Assembly: GCF_009914755.1 (NCBI RefSeq)
Contig: NC_060925.1
DNA length: 64,000 nt
Direction: 5' to 3' (one strand)
From: the human T2T-CHM13v2.0 reference genome, Homo sapiens
Shown: positions 14,825 to 29,010 of the stretch, piece after piece
How the letters are laid out: every line of letters starts with the position of its first letter
Position numbering within the stretch: position 1 is the first letter of the stretch
Position numbers and translations under genes: made by a program
The notes under the pieces: generated by a model
What the model was told of the DNA's origin: nothing
Databases searched by the model: none
What the model saw: the letters and a program-made list of their open reading frames with translations, nothing else

Positions 14825-15290
14825 ATGATCTTTAATTTATCATCTTAACCATTTTTAAGTGTACAGGTAAGTGGTATTAAGTACATTCATATTATTGTGC
14901 AGCCATGTCCACCGTACATCCACGGAGCTCTTTCAACTTGCAGAACTGAGACTCTGTGCCCATTAAACACAACTCCCACTCCCCACTCTCCCAGCTCCTG
15001 GCAACCACCATTCTACTTTCTGTCTCCGAATCTGACTACTCTAGATACTTCTATTAGTGGAATCATACAGTATTTGTCCTTTTGTGACTGGCTCATTTCA
15101 CTTAACATAATGTCCTCAAGATTCATCCCTGTTAGAGCGTGTGTCGGAATTGCCTTTTGAAGGCTGAGTAATATTCCATTTTGGAGGCTGAGTAATATGT
15201 ACATGTGCACATTTTGTATATCCATTTATCTGTCAGCTGACTTTTGGGTTGTTTCCGCTTTCTGGATATCATGACTAGTAATGCTGTTCC
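14825..15290 (-). mobile_element. L1M (L1MA/MB-type) 3' end
   Basis: TTAACCATTTTTAAGTGTACAG..CCTGGCAACCACCATTCTACTTTCTGTCTC..GTGGAATCATACAGTATTTGTCC. Confidence 0.9.
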
Positions 15291-15990
15291 TCACATTTTA
15301 ACATTCAAATGACACATCATAATTTCATTTATTCTTGATATCTCAGGAAAATTTTAAATACCGTTTAATAGTGGAGAATTATGGTAACACGCACCAAATG
15401 TACATTATATTTTTAATTGCTTGGCAATTTGGGACAACTTACAAATTCTGTCTTTAGGTTTGGTCGCTATACAACAGATAATGCTGCTATTTCTGCTTTA
15501 GTTTCAGGGATCAAAATGAGTTAATACGTATGAATGTCCTTTGTAAAGAGAGAATGTAAATGTTTGTCGATAGAACCAGAATACATTCTGAACTTTCTTG
15601 CTTGTATTCTGGGTAGGTAGACATTTAAAGTAGAGATTTGGCATAACTTAGTTCTTCCAGAAACTTCAAGCACTTTACACTCACTCTTTTTACCCCAGGT
15701 TTGAATTATGTGGGGTCATTCATGGGGTTTATGAGGTTTGAAGACATACTTAAATAACATGTGGGTTCTCTAGAATGAATGTGGAAGGAAACATTGTACT
15801 CCTGTGGAATGCTGGCACCCTAACAGGAGTGACTTTCTCTTTTCTCTCTCTTTTCTCCTTTTGGTCAACTCTGTTTGTATGTAGTGTGAGCTCTATACTG
15901 TGGGATAGCATTTTTTTTAGAATGCATGCATGTGAATTGTGTAGTGCAGAGATTTGCTATATCCATTTCCAGAATGTACATATTGAACAC

Positions 15991-16417
15991 TGTTTTGCGA
16001 AAGGCAGGTCTATGCAAACTACCCCAAAGTCCGAGGAAGCTGAGAGGCTGAAGGAAGAGCCTGACAAATCCCGTTTCTTAGAAAGAAACATTTAATAGAG
16101 ACCTACAAGCAGAAGCCGCATCTGTGTCTAGGGCAGCGGTAAGACGAGATGGGGGAGCCCCACGCCATTACCCCCCAGACCCAGGGCTTCTATGCCATAG
16201 CGGGGAGGGAGGAGTGGTTCCAAAGGGATACGTAGGACAATTGAAGTAAGATAACATCAAGGTTGTTTGATCTGAGGGCAGGATTTACTGTAAGCACCTG
16301 CTCTTACACAGGAATAGTAGATAAATGGGAAGTCTTAGAGGCCTTCTTGGATAGGGGGTTAATCAGAAGCCAACGTGGCAGATTAGCATCCAAGATGGAG
16401 TTGCTTTAGCCTCCACA
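15991..16417 (-). mobile_element. Solo LTR, ERV1/MER4-group (family unresolved)
   Basis: Minus strand starts TGTGGAGGCTAAAGCAACTCCATCTTGG and ends CA; ATTAAA signal; near-TSD AACAC/AGCAC; interrupts an L2-like tail. Confidence 0.8.
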
Positions 16418-17559
16418 AGCACTGACTGTATGCCAGGAGTTGACCATGATGTGTTATGAGGCACTGGGGAATTCATTCCTATATGAATCTGGGTGATTGA
16501 CAAGAAATTCTAGTGGAAGTGACATGTAGGTTGAGCTGTGCATTGAGCGGGCTGGTCACGTGCCCCCCTTTAGATGTTCCCGATCGCGCGGAATCACGAC
16601 ATGAGAGGATGAGATCAGAGTTCTGTCAGCTTCATGTAGCCAAGGACTTTCAAGTTCTTCCTTGAGGAGTTGGCCCTCCCTAGTCTCCTCTGTTACACCA
16701 GTCATTGCTACGTTAGCAGCTTTGCAAAGTAGGTATCACGCTCCATGTGCTCTGTGCCTGCTGTTGGCCTGAAGCATTGTCATGGCCTTGCCCAGGTTTG
16801 CTTTCCTTAAGGGCACCATTTGGTCCCTTTTGTCAAACCCATTTGCTTACACAGGCTGCTGCACTATTTCTATGATTGCAATTCCAGAGTTTCCGAGTCC
16901 CGGGATGGGGGTGTCTGATGTTAGTAGCATGCCATGGTCAGATGTCTTGGGGAATCTGGGGGTAAGCATAGTTGAATACACTCTCTGCTGCAAGTTTCTC
17001 AAAAATGTGAATACACCAATGGTGTTTCATGAATCCACCAAGACCATACAGCACTATAGCTTTGCCTGGAGAGTTTTCTCTCCTCAGCAAAGCTCTCCAC
17101 CTGTCCCAAGCTGTGATTCCCAAGAAATGCCAGCTGGGAAGCCTGGTTTGAGGGTAGCATATGCTCCATTGCCATGGCCAAGTCAGTACAAGCCTTTTAG
17201 CAATGGTGCGTTCCCTCAGAAGGTTTGCTGTGGCCCATTTAGCCATATTTTGGCTTTGGTTCCTGGAAGGGAGGTGTCTGCCTTCTTCCTAGTGGTGTGC
17301 TGCCCACCAGGCATGCCCAGTGGCTCATCTGTCTCTGCAGATAGCTTGGCTGAACCCAAAAGGGCTCAGTCCTTCCTGTGGGCTTGATGCCTGTAGGAAG
17401 GGCCAGTCTTGTCCCCATGTCTGCAGTGTGCCACAGCCTCCTTTCCAATTTGTTTCCATTATAGGATTATGAGACCTCCTGACTCTAAGGAACTGTTTTA
17501 TCTGGGGCTTGGTGTTGCGGGCACAGCACCTGTGAATAGTTAATGACATTTTTTATTCC

Positions 17560-17676
17560 CAACCAAGACCTAGGCTCCTTTAGGGCAAGGGCCAGTGTTG
17601 ATCTGAGGATATATTCCCAGCTTCTCACACAGTCTGTGGTGCAGACTAGGAGTTCCATAGATCGTTGAATGAATGG
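17560..17676 (+). mobile_element. L2 3' end relic
   Basis: AGGCTCCTTTAGGGCAAGG..GTTGAATGAATG. Confidence 0.55.
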
Positions 17677-17886
17677 TTTAAAAAATGAAGGGATCAAGTC
17701 CTGGAAGTGGTTTTAATTTGCTGTGACTCCAGGTAGCTTGCTTAAACACTCTATGTTTTCTAAATTTTAAAATAGAGCTAATATTTCTCAAATGGCTCCA
17801 TAGGACATTGGTGACACTCAGTTCTGCACCAGCTCTTTGTCTGGTAATGTGCAGGATGGGGGATGCCCAGGGTATCTTTTTATTCC

Positions 17887-18196
17887 TTTTTTTTTTTTTT
17901 TTTTTTTTGAGATGGAGTCTCGCTCTGTTGCCCAGGCTCCCAGGCTGGAGTGCAATGGCGCAACCTCGGCTCACTGCAAACTCCGCCTCCGGGTTCAAGT
18001 GATTCTCCTGCCTCAGCTTCCCGAGTAGCTGGGATTACAGGCACCTGCCACCACACCCGGCTAATTTTTGTATTTTTAGTAGAGACAGGGTTTCACCATG
18101 CTAGTCAGGCTGGTCTCGAACTCGCCACCTCAGGCGATCTGCCCGCCTCGGCCTCCCAAAGTGCTGGGATTACAGGCGTGAGCCACAGCACCCGGC
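17887..18196 (-). mobile_element. Alu (S type)
   Basis: Full dimer with CCAGGCT microduplication; TSD TTTTTATTC. Confidence 0.97.
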
Positions 18197-18453
18197 GTTT
18201 TTATTCTTAAAATAATCCTGTGAGGTGTATGTAGTGTTCACCTGATTTTGTAAATGTGTAGGCACAGGGAACCGAATAACTTGCTCAAGATCACAAAGGC
18301 TTTAAGTTTGAGAAGTGCAGTGAAAATGCAGGGCTGCTTCACTCCAAAGTCGATGTGTGTATATGTACATATAAGTGTATATGCATGTGTACATGTACAT
18401 ATAAACAAAAGTACACATTTAGGAAGTGTATGGGAAATGTACACATGCGTATA

Positions 18454-18765
18454 CAGTCATAAGGACGTTTCAGTTAACAGTAGACTGCATATATCACAGT
18501 GGTCCCGTAAGATTATAATCTTGTATTTTTACTGTATCTTTTCTATTTTAGATAACAAATACCATTGTGTTACCTACAGTATTCAGGACAGTCACATGCT
18601 ATACAGGTTTGTAGCCTAGAAGCAGTAGGCTGTACCATCTAGCCTAGGTGTGGAGAAGGCTGTACCATTTAGTTTTGTGTAAGTACACTCTGATCACACG
18701 AGCAAGAAATAGCATAATGATGCATTTCTTAGACCAGATCTCCATTGTTAAGTGATGCATGACTG
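18454..18765 (+). mobile_element. Tigger3a/MER7-like DNA transposon
   Basis: TA-CAGTCAT..ATGACTG TIRs; clearly homologous to 11219-11520. Confidence 0.85.
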
Positions 18766-21700
18766 GATATACACATACACATATGTGTATGCCTGTATAG
18801 ATGCGTGTATTCTACATACTCCTAAATGTGTCATATGGCAAGGGTGCCTCATTGTAATTCTGGCTTTTTCCATAAATGTTAAACAAGCATCTTCTCCCAC
18901 CGCCAGTCCTTTTCTTCCTTCGAGGGGACAGGGCCTCTGGAGCTTATGCCCAGCTCCTGTTGGATGCCCCCGTGTTCTGGTCACTTGTGTGCCCGTCTCT
19001 TCACACTCAGTTTTCCCACCCCTGAGCACCTCAGGTGCCAAGGTGTGTTTGTTGAACTGAAATTCTTAAGCCTGCTGAGTACATTCTCAGTTTGTCAAGA
19101 TAGATAAACAAATACCTTTTTTAGATGATTTAAAAGATTCTTGACACAGTCCCAGTGGTGTTTTAACAACTTTTCAGGTCCTGATCAGCCAAACTGTGGG
19201 CCAAAAGTAAATGTTTAATAAACAACATAAGAGTGATGGAGGAAAAATGTATCTTAAGTGGAACTGTGTGTTCTGTAAATCTATGACAGATTACTGTTCC
19301 TGCTTTTGTTGTGTATAATTATTCTTGTTCCTCCTGAGAATTGCCCTCTCTTTCATCAAGAAACGTATAAGATGGCCTCCTCCTCTGGTAATTTGGAGCA
19401 ATTGGCCTGGGAGAGGATTGATGTGTAGTAAGGACAGTCCGTAGGAGAGATTTAGTGGGGGCAGTTTCCTTATCTTCTATTCTGTCCCTTTGCCAGACAG
19501 AAGCACAAAAAGTAGTTGGACTGAAAATGCTGCTTCCTAAAATTAGCTCTCCTCTTTGTTTTCCGAATGGTTTTACTGGTTGATGCGGGCACAATTTGCC
19601 CTTCTTGGGGAGCCTTCTGCATTGTGTAAAGTGCAAAGACACATCTATCAGAGAAGCTAATTTTAGGTGCTAGTAAGTTTTAAGGGCATGCAAAGCTCAA
19701 AACTTTGCCTGTTCTCTTGGAAGAAGATTTTTCCCTCCTGAAAAACAAGCTTCCTTTCAAAGTCAGAAAAGGGGAGCTTAGACGAAGCCCCAGGAGGGCA
19801 GGTATGTCTTGTTCACTGCAGTCTCCAGTGCCTTGCGAGGGCCCGGCATGCTGAGCGCTCAGTAACCCTTGGCCTAATGTAGAGTTTTTCATTCTGTGAA
19901 TCAGGAATAGAGCAACATAAGGGGAGCTTCTGCTTGAGACAGCAATGGCAGCATCAAAATAAACGTGGCAATTTTGGTCTTCAAGAGTGAAGTTGTGTCT
20001 CTGAAATTGTAAGCCCAAATGGATCATTTCCTTTTTTAGGTTTTAGAATTCCAGGTTTATTTTCTGGAAGAGCTTGCAGCAGATGGGCTTCTGTAGGGGA
20101 ACGTTTATACCTTGGGGGTTCCGTTTCGAGAGTCCTTGATTTATTATTGTTTACAAATGGTGGTTGGAAATTGTTCATTGATTTGACATAAAGCTGCCCA
20201 GGCTTATTGTAAAAACACCTCTGCATCCAATTAGAATGACAGACACTTAGTGTGATGACTCAGGACAGTTGATGGCCTTAAAAAAAAAGCGAACAGATTA
20301 AATCACTCTCTGTTTTTTCATAGCCATTGATGGAAACAGATTCTGTGGGGTAAATAACAGAGTCTTGGGTGGTGGAAAGGTTGAAGACGTCCAGTAGTTG
20401 TGGCAGGGCAAGGATGGAGGACTTTTTCTTTGCAGGGGCAGTGGAGAGGCGGGGCCATGGGTGAAGACTGGAGAATACTCAGAAGGTAGCATGGACGAGA
20501 GTGTTGTTTGATGACTCTGCATGTGACCAGTAGTGACATTTTACTCACTGAGGCTCATATTGAGGTTAAGCCCGAGGTCCATTGGCCTTGCTGAGATCGT
20601 GTTTAGAACACAGCACTGTGCAGTAAGAGACTCCTATAACTCTATCAAATTTGCATTTGGAGGAATTGTAAAGAGCCTCTGTTACCTCCTAGGTGAGGCA
20701 GTCCAGGAAAACAGTTGCTAGAAGGAGCTATCTGCAGAAATAGACAGTTGTGGTCCTTTCATGTTTTAATAATTGTTCCCTGGATTTCAAGGAGTCAGTC
20801 CAAAATCCCCGTAATAGATTTTAGTAACGTTCATGGAATCTCAGTTTGCACATCATGAGACCTTTAGTGTGGTGTTTACTGTCTTCACCTTAATATACTT
20901 TGTATCCATGAGCAACCTTGCTACAGTCATGCAAAGATGATTATTTTTTATTCAGCAATAATTAGCCACAGTGTTGAGCACCCAGATGCCTTCCTGCAGC
21001 AGCCCCCCTTTTCTCCCCAGCCAACATCTGCAACTGTGAACAGATTTCCATCTTCAGCCTTGGTGGTTGGAAAGAGACGTAAGTCACCTTTTTTTCTGGT
21101 TGGTTCTGGGGCAGATGCCACCAGGCTGCAGAGGCAGTCTGTGTCTGTGGGGCTCACCAGGGCATGAGTTCTGCTCCCAGGAAAGAGATTCTTGCAGGAT
21201 TTTGTCTGTGGTTCTAAGGAGACAAGTAGGTGGCACACAAAAACAGAAAATGAAAGAACCCATCCCTCCAAAACCACACACACAAAGCCAAAAGGAAAAA
21301 AAAAAAGCACATAATTATCATGTAGGCACTGTTGCAGCTAACCCTGATTTTGGCCTCAATTCTGAAACAAGTTAGCTGGTTTAGACAAACCCCTTATTAG
21401 GTAATGGATTGTTATTCATTCCTCCCCTTCTCCTAGTCATTTACTCTGTGAGAGCTGCTCCTACCTGACCTTCCACTGATTTTGGTAGCAGCATCTCCCA
21501 GAGCGACTGTTTCCTTCTTCAGCAGTGTTCCTTACTCAGGGTGTAAGATCTTAACCCCACAGAGCCCCGTATCAGGTTTAATTAACTAATTGATTCAGCT
21601 TGTGCTTACTGAGTGCGAGGCAGTCATGTGCTTCTGTTTGGTAAATGGCTTCATTTTCCCTCTAACTCCTGAGCGTCCTGAAGCTTCTCTTATGGTTCTC

Positions 21701-22939
21701 TCCAAAGGAGTCAGCAGGCTGGCTCTGCAAGGGTCAGTAGGTTCTGGGGTGGTGGGGGGCCGAGGGAGGCAGGGAGGTTGGCTCTGTCTTTATTTGGCAT
21801 AGAGCTCCCCGAACAGGGTCTCTCCTCCTTTCTCCAAAGGTTAATGGAACCACTATCTTAAAAAGCTGAAATCTTATCTTCTGGGGTATTTGGGTAGAGA
21901 AGGCTAGGGAATCCCTTTTCCATGGTGGTGCAGTAGGTTCTCAGAACCAGCTGGTGGGCCTCAAAGAGAGGCGGCTGTATTTTAGCCTGATAATCTTGAT
22001 TCCTGGTTTCCTGGCTCTGTAGCATCAGAAATGGGAAGCTTTAAAAGCCGTGCCTTGTTGGATGCACCGAGTCATAAAATAAATGTGATGTGCTGGGTGG
22101 GGGAAATGCGGGAGGAGGGAAACAGGTGGTTGGAGCTGCTTCGTGATGGCCGCCCACCCTGGCTCTCCTTTCTTAATAGGCTTCAGAAATCCTGGAATGC
22201 GTAATTCACCAGCTCACAGAGTTCCACCCATGTCCCCAGTGGCTTCAAAATGTAAATGACATTTGCAGAGCTGGGAGGTAGGAGGGCAATCCCGTTCCTT
22301 CCCTGGATCTCAGTCGCAGAGGTGCTGGCTCATGTGCCTGAGTGCAGCGGCTGGCCCGTCATTACTGGTCTTTGCAGGAAGCCACTCTGAAGGCACCTGG
22401 GCCCTTGCCAGGCTGAGTCACAGCTGACTTAGGGAAATGCCACACAGGACGCTTGCAGTCCCCCCGTTCTAAGCGTAGGTTTTGCAACTGCATACTCGGA
22501 AAATGAATCAGAGTGGGGGAAAGTGTCAGAGAAACAGCAGAAATGGAATGTAGGCAGGAGGGCCACAGTGGCGCTGTGGATTCAGACCACACCTTCGGCT
22601 CTGTTTGGGGCCCTTCCTGTAAGGAGCGTACTGATGCCAGAGGCTGGGGGTGTGGAAGGGAAGCTGCTGTGCTGTTAGATCCATTCTGCTATTTAGCCAG
22701 CCTTCCTTTTCCCAGCTGGCACAGACAGGATGTGTTAGAGAGGTGCTCAGACCTCCTTTCAGAGCAACTGAATCATTCTCCAGGAGGGACAGGGAGTCTG
22801 AAATGCAAACAGGTTCCCAGGGTTATTGAAGAGCAGCCAAACTGAACACCCACTGCTCTGTGGACTCAAGCTGGTTTTAGACATTGTTTGGTCAGGACCA
22901 GAGCCGAGCTCTGGGGCCCACTGGGGGCTCTTGTCGCAC

Positions 22940-23122
22940 CATCTCATTGATTCTACAATGCACATTTCCCCCCCCTCTCATGTTTTAACATGTCTGAAAT
23001 CAGGATGCATCTTCCATGGATGGTGTTTCAGGGTTTCATTGATCGTGTTTTTCTTCCTGAGTGGCACACAAAATTAATGGTGCTCCCTAGAGTTGATGGT
23101 CCCTGCGGTTCAGTGAACCGTG
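22940..23122 (+). mobile_element. MER104-like (TcMar-Tc2) relic
   Basis: TTGATTCTACAATGCACATTT..TTTTAACATGTCTGAAATCAGGATGCATCTT; related inverted copy near 52670-52765. Confidence 0.6.
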
Positions 23123-24855
23123 TTGCTCTTGTGTAAGCTCCTGTGGGAACATAGAGTCTCTGTGTCCCACCTTCTTCCTCGCAGTGGTCAGCACGGATGA
23201 GGTGGGAGTTGCATAAATGTCAGCATTCGAAAGTGAGGGCGTCTGTCGGTGCTGTCTCACTGTGGGGCTTCAGAAAACGTGAGCACCTGTGTTTGCATTC
23301 TCCATCAAGGTTCATGTCCTGTTGGCTCATAAGCATGATTATATCCATTATACAAACTGGGGCACAGGCACCCAGAGAGAAGTCAAAAGACTTGTTCAAG
23401 ATGGACAACTAGGAAGTGGTGGGGACAGACCAGTCCTGTCTGATGCCAGATCCAGCGCTGTATCTGCCAGTCAGCATGCACACTTTCATCTCTCCAGCCT
23501 CTTCCCACTCACCTTTACTCAACATTTCTGGGCCTCCATAGTGATTGTAGTAATTCGGTAAAGATGATTCATTTCTTTAGTCCGGTCTTCGGACTTGACT
23601 TCTTAGAAGCAGGTCTTGTGCAATAGTTGCATATTAACCACTTGGTGACACAGTGCATGAGGGTATGCCAACTCTTTTTGCTCATGGCCGTGCAGTGCAG
23701 AATTTCCAGGCATTGTCCGCTCTGTTTCCTGGACTTCGGAGTGATAGCAAAGTTTTGTATTCCCTGATCAGCTGTGTATCTCTGAGCAGCAAGTTGATCT
23801 CTCTGTATAAGGGTGACTGTGCCCATGGAGGATGGCATGCAATTGCCTAAAGATTTCAGTCTGAGAATCTGAGAAACGATACTGAATGGAGATGACAGGC
23901 TTAGTGCCTGCTTCCAGGAGCCATGCCTCCTCCTGGCCTGGAATGAATACCTAAACACCTGAGGCTCTGAGTTCCGGCAGTGTGCTGAAACTGCTGTTGG
24001 TCTGGCCCACTGACCCGGAAACCCAGCCACCTGAGGTTGTGACTTTAGGGCTTCTAGTTTTGTATTTAGCTTTAATTCCATCTGTGAGGCAGTGGAGACT
24101 GTTCATTTTATTTTACATCAAAGGCTTTTGGAGGTTGAGATGGGAACAGGATGATAGAACAGTAATGCATAATTATGGAGCATTTGCTGTATGGCAGGCA
24201 TTCGTAAGAGTGCGTTTGTTGATATTATTGTTTGGCCTCTCCTGTCATTAGCCCTAAGCAGCTACACTTGCTAAGCTCTGTGCTAAGGCTGCAGTAAGCA
24301 GGCAGGCAGTGCGTGCTGGTGAGCTTGGGCAGTGCTGGAGTGTGTCTGTTGCCCAGTGTGGGGATGAACATACACCCTTTCATGCTCACAGGTGCCTTAG
24401 CCTGGATGATAATGTTTAAGTTCATTCTGTTTATATGCACCGTGTCATTAAACAATGCTGTGAAAAGGGCACTATTATTTCCCCCATATTTTCAGTGATA
24501 AGGCAGAGGCCCATGGGCTCCTTGTAGCAATGGAGGCATTCCTTGAGGATCCAGGCAATCTGACTCCCGAGTCCCAGGGCTGGACAGAAGGAAGCTGGCT
24601 CCGAGAGCTAGACTGCAGTGCAGAGGAATTCCACGCTCCGCAGGTGCTGTCTTCAGAAGTTGCATCTCGTCAGCAGGATGAGTGCTTTTGGAATAGACAA
24701 TCTTAAATGTCATAGTGAGGTGACTTGCAGAGATAAGGAAGGACGCCAGCCTCAGGCACTGACTGATGAATCCAGATGGTGATTTCCTCCTTGCAGGAGA
24801 ATCAGCCACTTACACAGACTGGGAGGGATTCTACTGAGGGAAAAAATGAATTCGC

Positions 24856-25156
<301 letters not shown>

Positions 25157-25177
25157 TTCTCATTTCTTCTCATGGAC

Positions 25178-25180
<3 letters not shown>

Positions 25181-25232
<52 letters not shown>

Positions 25233-25246
25233 TTGGTTGGTTGGTT
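25181..25246. repeat. (GT)25 microsatellite followed by (GGTT)4
   Basis: Read directly. Confidence 0.98.
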
Positions 25247-25871
25247 TAAGCCATGGATTAAAGAAAGGAGAACTATTTCCTGTGACTAAAAGTGGTTTAC
25301 ATATTGGTGCTTTAGCAGGAATTTTGGAGGGTGGCTTAAGTGAATAATTAAAACAGAAATCTTCCTAGACGATGTTTATCACACTCAAGACATTAAAAAT
25401 TAGAGTCAAGGGACTGCTAAGACTTGGGGTGCTGGTGGGTGAGGCTGCCTTTCAGGGAGGCCATGCTGTGAGTTGAGAATCCTAGGCCACCTTGCCTGCA
25501 CTGCCAGCTTTGCAGCTGTGGGCACATCTGGATCCCCATTTCTGTGCGGGTGCAGACAGGTGAATGTTACCTGCGTGCATCATAAAATGCTGTGAAAGGG
25601 GTCACAGGTATTGCCCAGGCTTGGGCAGACTCATTCATAGGGCTCACTGGCTTGCATGAGAAGGGATGCTGGGCACCGTAAACACAGAAGGAGAAGGCAG
25701 GCTCTGCTGCCAGGAGCTTGCACCCTGAGCCACGTGGAACTGGTTTGCCTGTGAAGCAATAGGCACAGTCCTGAAAGAGCACAGTCCTGAAAGAGCACTT
25801 CTAATTGGGCATACAAGCAAGCTCATAATAAAGTTCTCCTAGGAAGTTTTCCTCATGTTTTGAAGATGATA

Positions 25872-26100
25872 CACTTAGTCCCTGACTGGGGATGGTTTCG
25901 CTTACACTTTTTCAACTTTACGATGGTGTGAAAGTGATACACGTTCAGTACGTTCCTCAATTAACAATGAAGCTATGTCCCGATAAACCCATCATAAGTT
26001 GAAAATATCCTAAGTCCATAATGCACTTCTGATATAATGGTATTTTCAACTTACAGTGGCTTTACCAAGATGTGGCGCATTGTAAGTCGAGGAGCATCCA
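25872..26100 (-). mobile_element. MER47C-like Tigger5 derivative with internal palindrome
   Basis: GTCCCGATAAACCCATCATAAGTTGAAAATA and its inverted copy TATTTTCAACTTACAGTGG..GTAAGTCGAGGAGCATC. Confidence 0.7.
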
Positions 26101-26135
26101 TCCCTGATGGGATATATAAGGATGAGATTTATGCA

Positions 26136-26568
26136 CAGATGTTCCTCAGCTTATGATGGGATCATGTCCCAGTAAACACACTGTAAGTTGGAAACATCTG
26201 AAGTCGAAAATGCATTTGATATACCTAAGCTATCAAGCATCATAGCTTAGCCTCACCTGCCTTCATTGTGCTCAGAGCACTTAAACGTTAGCCTGCAGTT
26301 GGGCAAGTCATATCCAAACAATGCTGACAGCACCGCACACTGTAGGGTATCAGTTGTTTAACTTCGTGACCGTGTGGCTGACTGAGAGCTGTGAATCACT
26401 GACATTGCCCGGCATTGTCAGAGACTATCCGACCGACCGCATATCGCTAGCCCAGGATAAGAGCAGAATTCCAGATTTGAAGTACAGTTTCTACTGAAGG
26501 CATATTGCTTTCGCACCATCGTGAAGTCAGAATTGTAAGTCGAGCCATGGTAAGTTGGAGACCATCTG
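26136..26568 (+). mobile_element. MER47B-like Tigger5 derivative
   Basis: TIRs CAGATGTTCCTCAGCTTATGATGG / CCATGGTAAGTTGGAGACCATCTG; internal CATCATAGCTTAGCCT. Confidence 0.85.
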
Positions 26569-27135
26569 AATAACAGGATGAGATGTAGAGCAGGATATAT
26601 ATGTTAGAAACAAAGTTTCGCGAACAGTGCAAACGTTTTCTAGATGGACTATCCTACTCTTCTCTATCTCATTAAACACTTTGCTGGCAGCAACTCACTG
26701 AGTTGAATTCCCGCTCCACCAGTAGCCTCCCCTGGGCGTTGGAAGGCTCTGCCCTCTGATGGGGGTCTCCCTGGGAGCTGCGGCTGCGGACCCCCGTAGA
26801 TGGGATGCAGCTGCCCAGTGTGGTCCTTGCCTTTGCAGGTGAGCGGGTGCAGGGAGGCGCGGGGTGGGGTGGCGGCTGCAGCAGTGGTGGTTGGGGGCCC
26901 TGCAGGCTCCCTCGGGGTGTAGCAGGGACATGGTGTGGTGGTTAACAGGAGTAGGCCACTCATGTGGGACGTCAGGACTAGTGCCACAAAGGCAGCCCTG
27001 TCACACGAACAGGTTCTTGGGGGACAGAGGTCTGTCTGGGACCGGCTAATGACCTGGAAAGACTGGAGAGGCACCATTGTCCACCACCAGATGTATGGCT
27101 GCAGGGTAGGAGTAGACTTAAGAAGGAACACTGTT

Positions 27136-27435
27136 GGCTGGGCACAGTGGCTCACGCATGTAATCCCAGCACTTCGGGAGGCCGAGGCAGGTGGATCACC
27201 TGAGGTCAGAAGTTCAAGAACAGCCTGGTCAACATGGTGAAACCCCATCTCTACTAAATATACAAAAATTAGCTGGGCATGGTGGCAGGTGCCTGTAATC
27301 CCAGCTACTCTGGAGGCTGAGGCAGAAGAATCACTTGAACCTGGGAGGCGGAGGTCGCAGTGAGTTGAGAGATCACGCCATTGCCCTCCAGCCTGGGCAA
27401 CAAGAGCGAAACTTCGTCTCCAAAAAAAAAAAAAA
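27136..27435 (+). mobile_element. Alu (S type)
   Basis: TSD AGAAGGAACACTGTT on both sides. Confidence 0.98.
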
Positions 27436-28591
27436 GAAGGAACACTGTTAGGGAGGCAGTCAGTGAGCCTCAAGTCAGAAAGACAAACAAGCTCATTTTA
27501 TGCATTTGCTAACATTTGACCTCTTCTGGGACGCGTAGGTCTCTCAAGTTCTGTTTCTGTTTCCTGTCACGCAGATCAGAGATGTGAAACAGACCTGGTG
27601 TACACCCGTCTGGGGTAGCACTGGGAGCCACGGCGTCCTGGCAGAGCAGGTGTGCCTCCCACAGGCTGATGCAGCCGTTCTCTGTGCAGAGGCTGAGCCA
27701 TCCTAGGAGCAGCTGTGGGGTGAAAGTGTCCTTCCTTAAACTCAGTGCTCCTGCTCATTCTCTCAGTATGGCTAATAGCTCATTTAAATATACTATGGTG
27801 GTTTTTAATTTTTGTGACTCATTCCCTCCCCTCCTCACCTGTGTTTTTCCTGTGTGTCAGGGACATTTTAGGGGGACCAAAAGGATCTCTGTCTCTGCTC
27901 TGTGCTTGCTCTGAGGTTGAATAGAGAATGTTCAGGGCTGTTCTTATTTGAGTCACTGGAGCTGTTGTGAGCTCTGACGGCCTGGGAGCCCCACTACTGT
28001 CACATGAGGACAGGGCGTGGGGTGGCTCAAGCATGGCCGCTTGGGGTTGGGTCCTAGTGCTGTCATGTTGGAGGTGTCTGACCTTTGCACTAAGTTTCCC
28101 CACTTACACTAAATGGGGATAATCAAAGCTTTGTGTGGGGATTAAGTGAGTTAATGTAACCAGAACACTTAGAATGGTGTGCTGCATACAGTGATAATGC
28201 AGAACTACTCACTGCTGCTGGAGTGCGCTGTTATATTCTTTATTAGGTCCTCAGACTTTTTCTATGCCTAAGCCTTGAGGGTCTCTCTCAGCTGTGTTTT
28301 TCTGTGTTTTTTTTTTTTTTTTTGTCTTCAATAGATTTTTCTAGGGTCTTTTCTGGTAAAAAGAGACTGGGAATGCAAATACATTGAGCATGAGTTGAGA
28401 GGAGTTTGGACATCAGCCTGACCGTGGAAAACTGGGGAGGCGTGGAGTATATAGTTTCCTCTGGGTGGGTTACTGACAGACCATGGGAGTTCTGGGGAAA
28501 ATGTATGCTCTTCTCTTTAAGTACAAGCCACCATTGCCAGGCAGAAGCTGATAAAGTAATTAGAATTGTTGTTCATACCTGACTTGCAGGA

Positions 28592-29010
28592 ATGTGTGTG
28601 CGTGTGTCTGCATGCGTGTGTACGTATATATACTGTGCATGCATATTTGTGTGCGTGTACATACATATGTACACACTGCATGTGTCTGCATTTATGTACA
28701 TATGGGCATGTGGCATGGGCATATGGCACATGCATATCTGTGCATGCACACATGTACACAGCACACATGCACACATGCAGTGCATAGTATGCCTGCATGT
28801 ACATGTGCGTACCATGCATGCATGTACCTACACGTGTGCATACTGCAATGTGTACTTACATGCAAGCCTACGATATGTGTTTGCAGGCACATACATGTTC
28901 ACACACTGCCCATGCACATTTGCATACACATGTGTGCATGGAACATATGCAGTACAACACAAGTGTGTTTGCATACATGTACAAACACACATGTGTATTT
29001 ACCTACATTT
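28592..29010. repeat. Degenerate alternating purine-pyrimidine (TG/CA/TA) low-complexity tract
   Basis: ~420 bp of TGCA/TACA/CATG words; explains the Cys/His/Val-rich ORFs. Confidence 0.9.

Noticed and set aside
16782-17387. 201-aa ORF
   Set aside because: No recognisable domain, intron-like composition, no splice context
22560-22577. CTCF-like GGCCACAGTGGCGCTG
   Set aside because: Core spacing does not fit the CTCF consensus well
25763-25798. 16-bp tandem duplication GCACAGTCCTGAAAGA (similar small duplications at ~8954-9020, ~15159-15199, ~39373-39390)
   Set aside because: Ordinary slippage-type microduplications with no sign of function
26664-27473. 269-aa ORF
   Set aside because: The N-terminal part is an antisense Alu translation and the rest is GC-rich chance sequence
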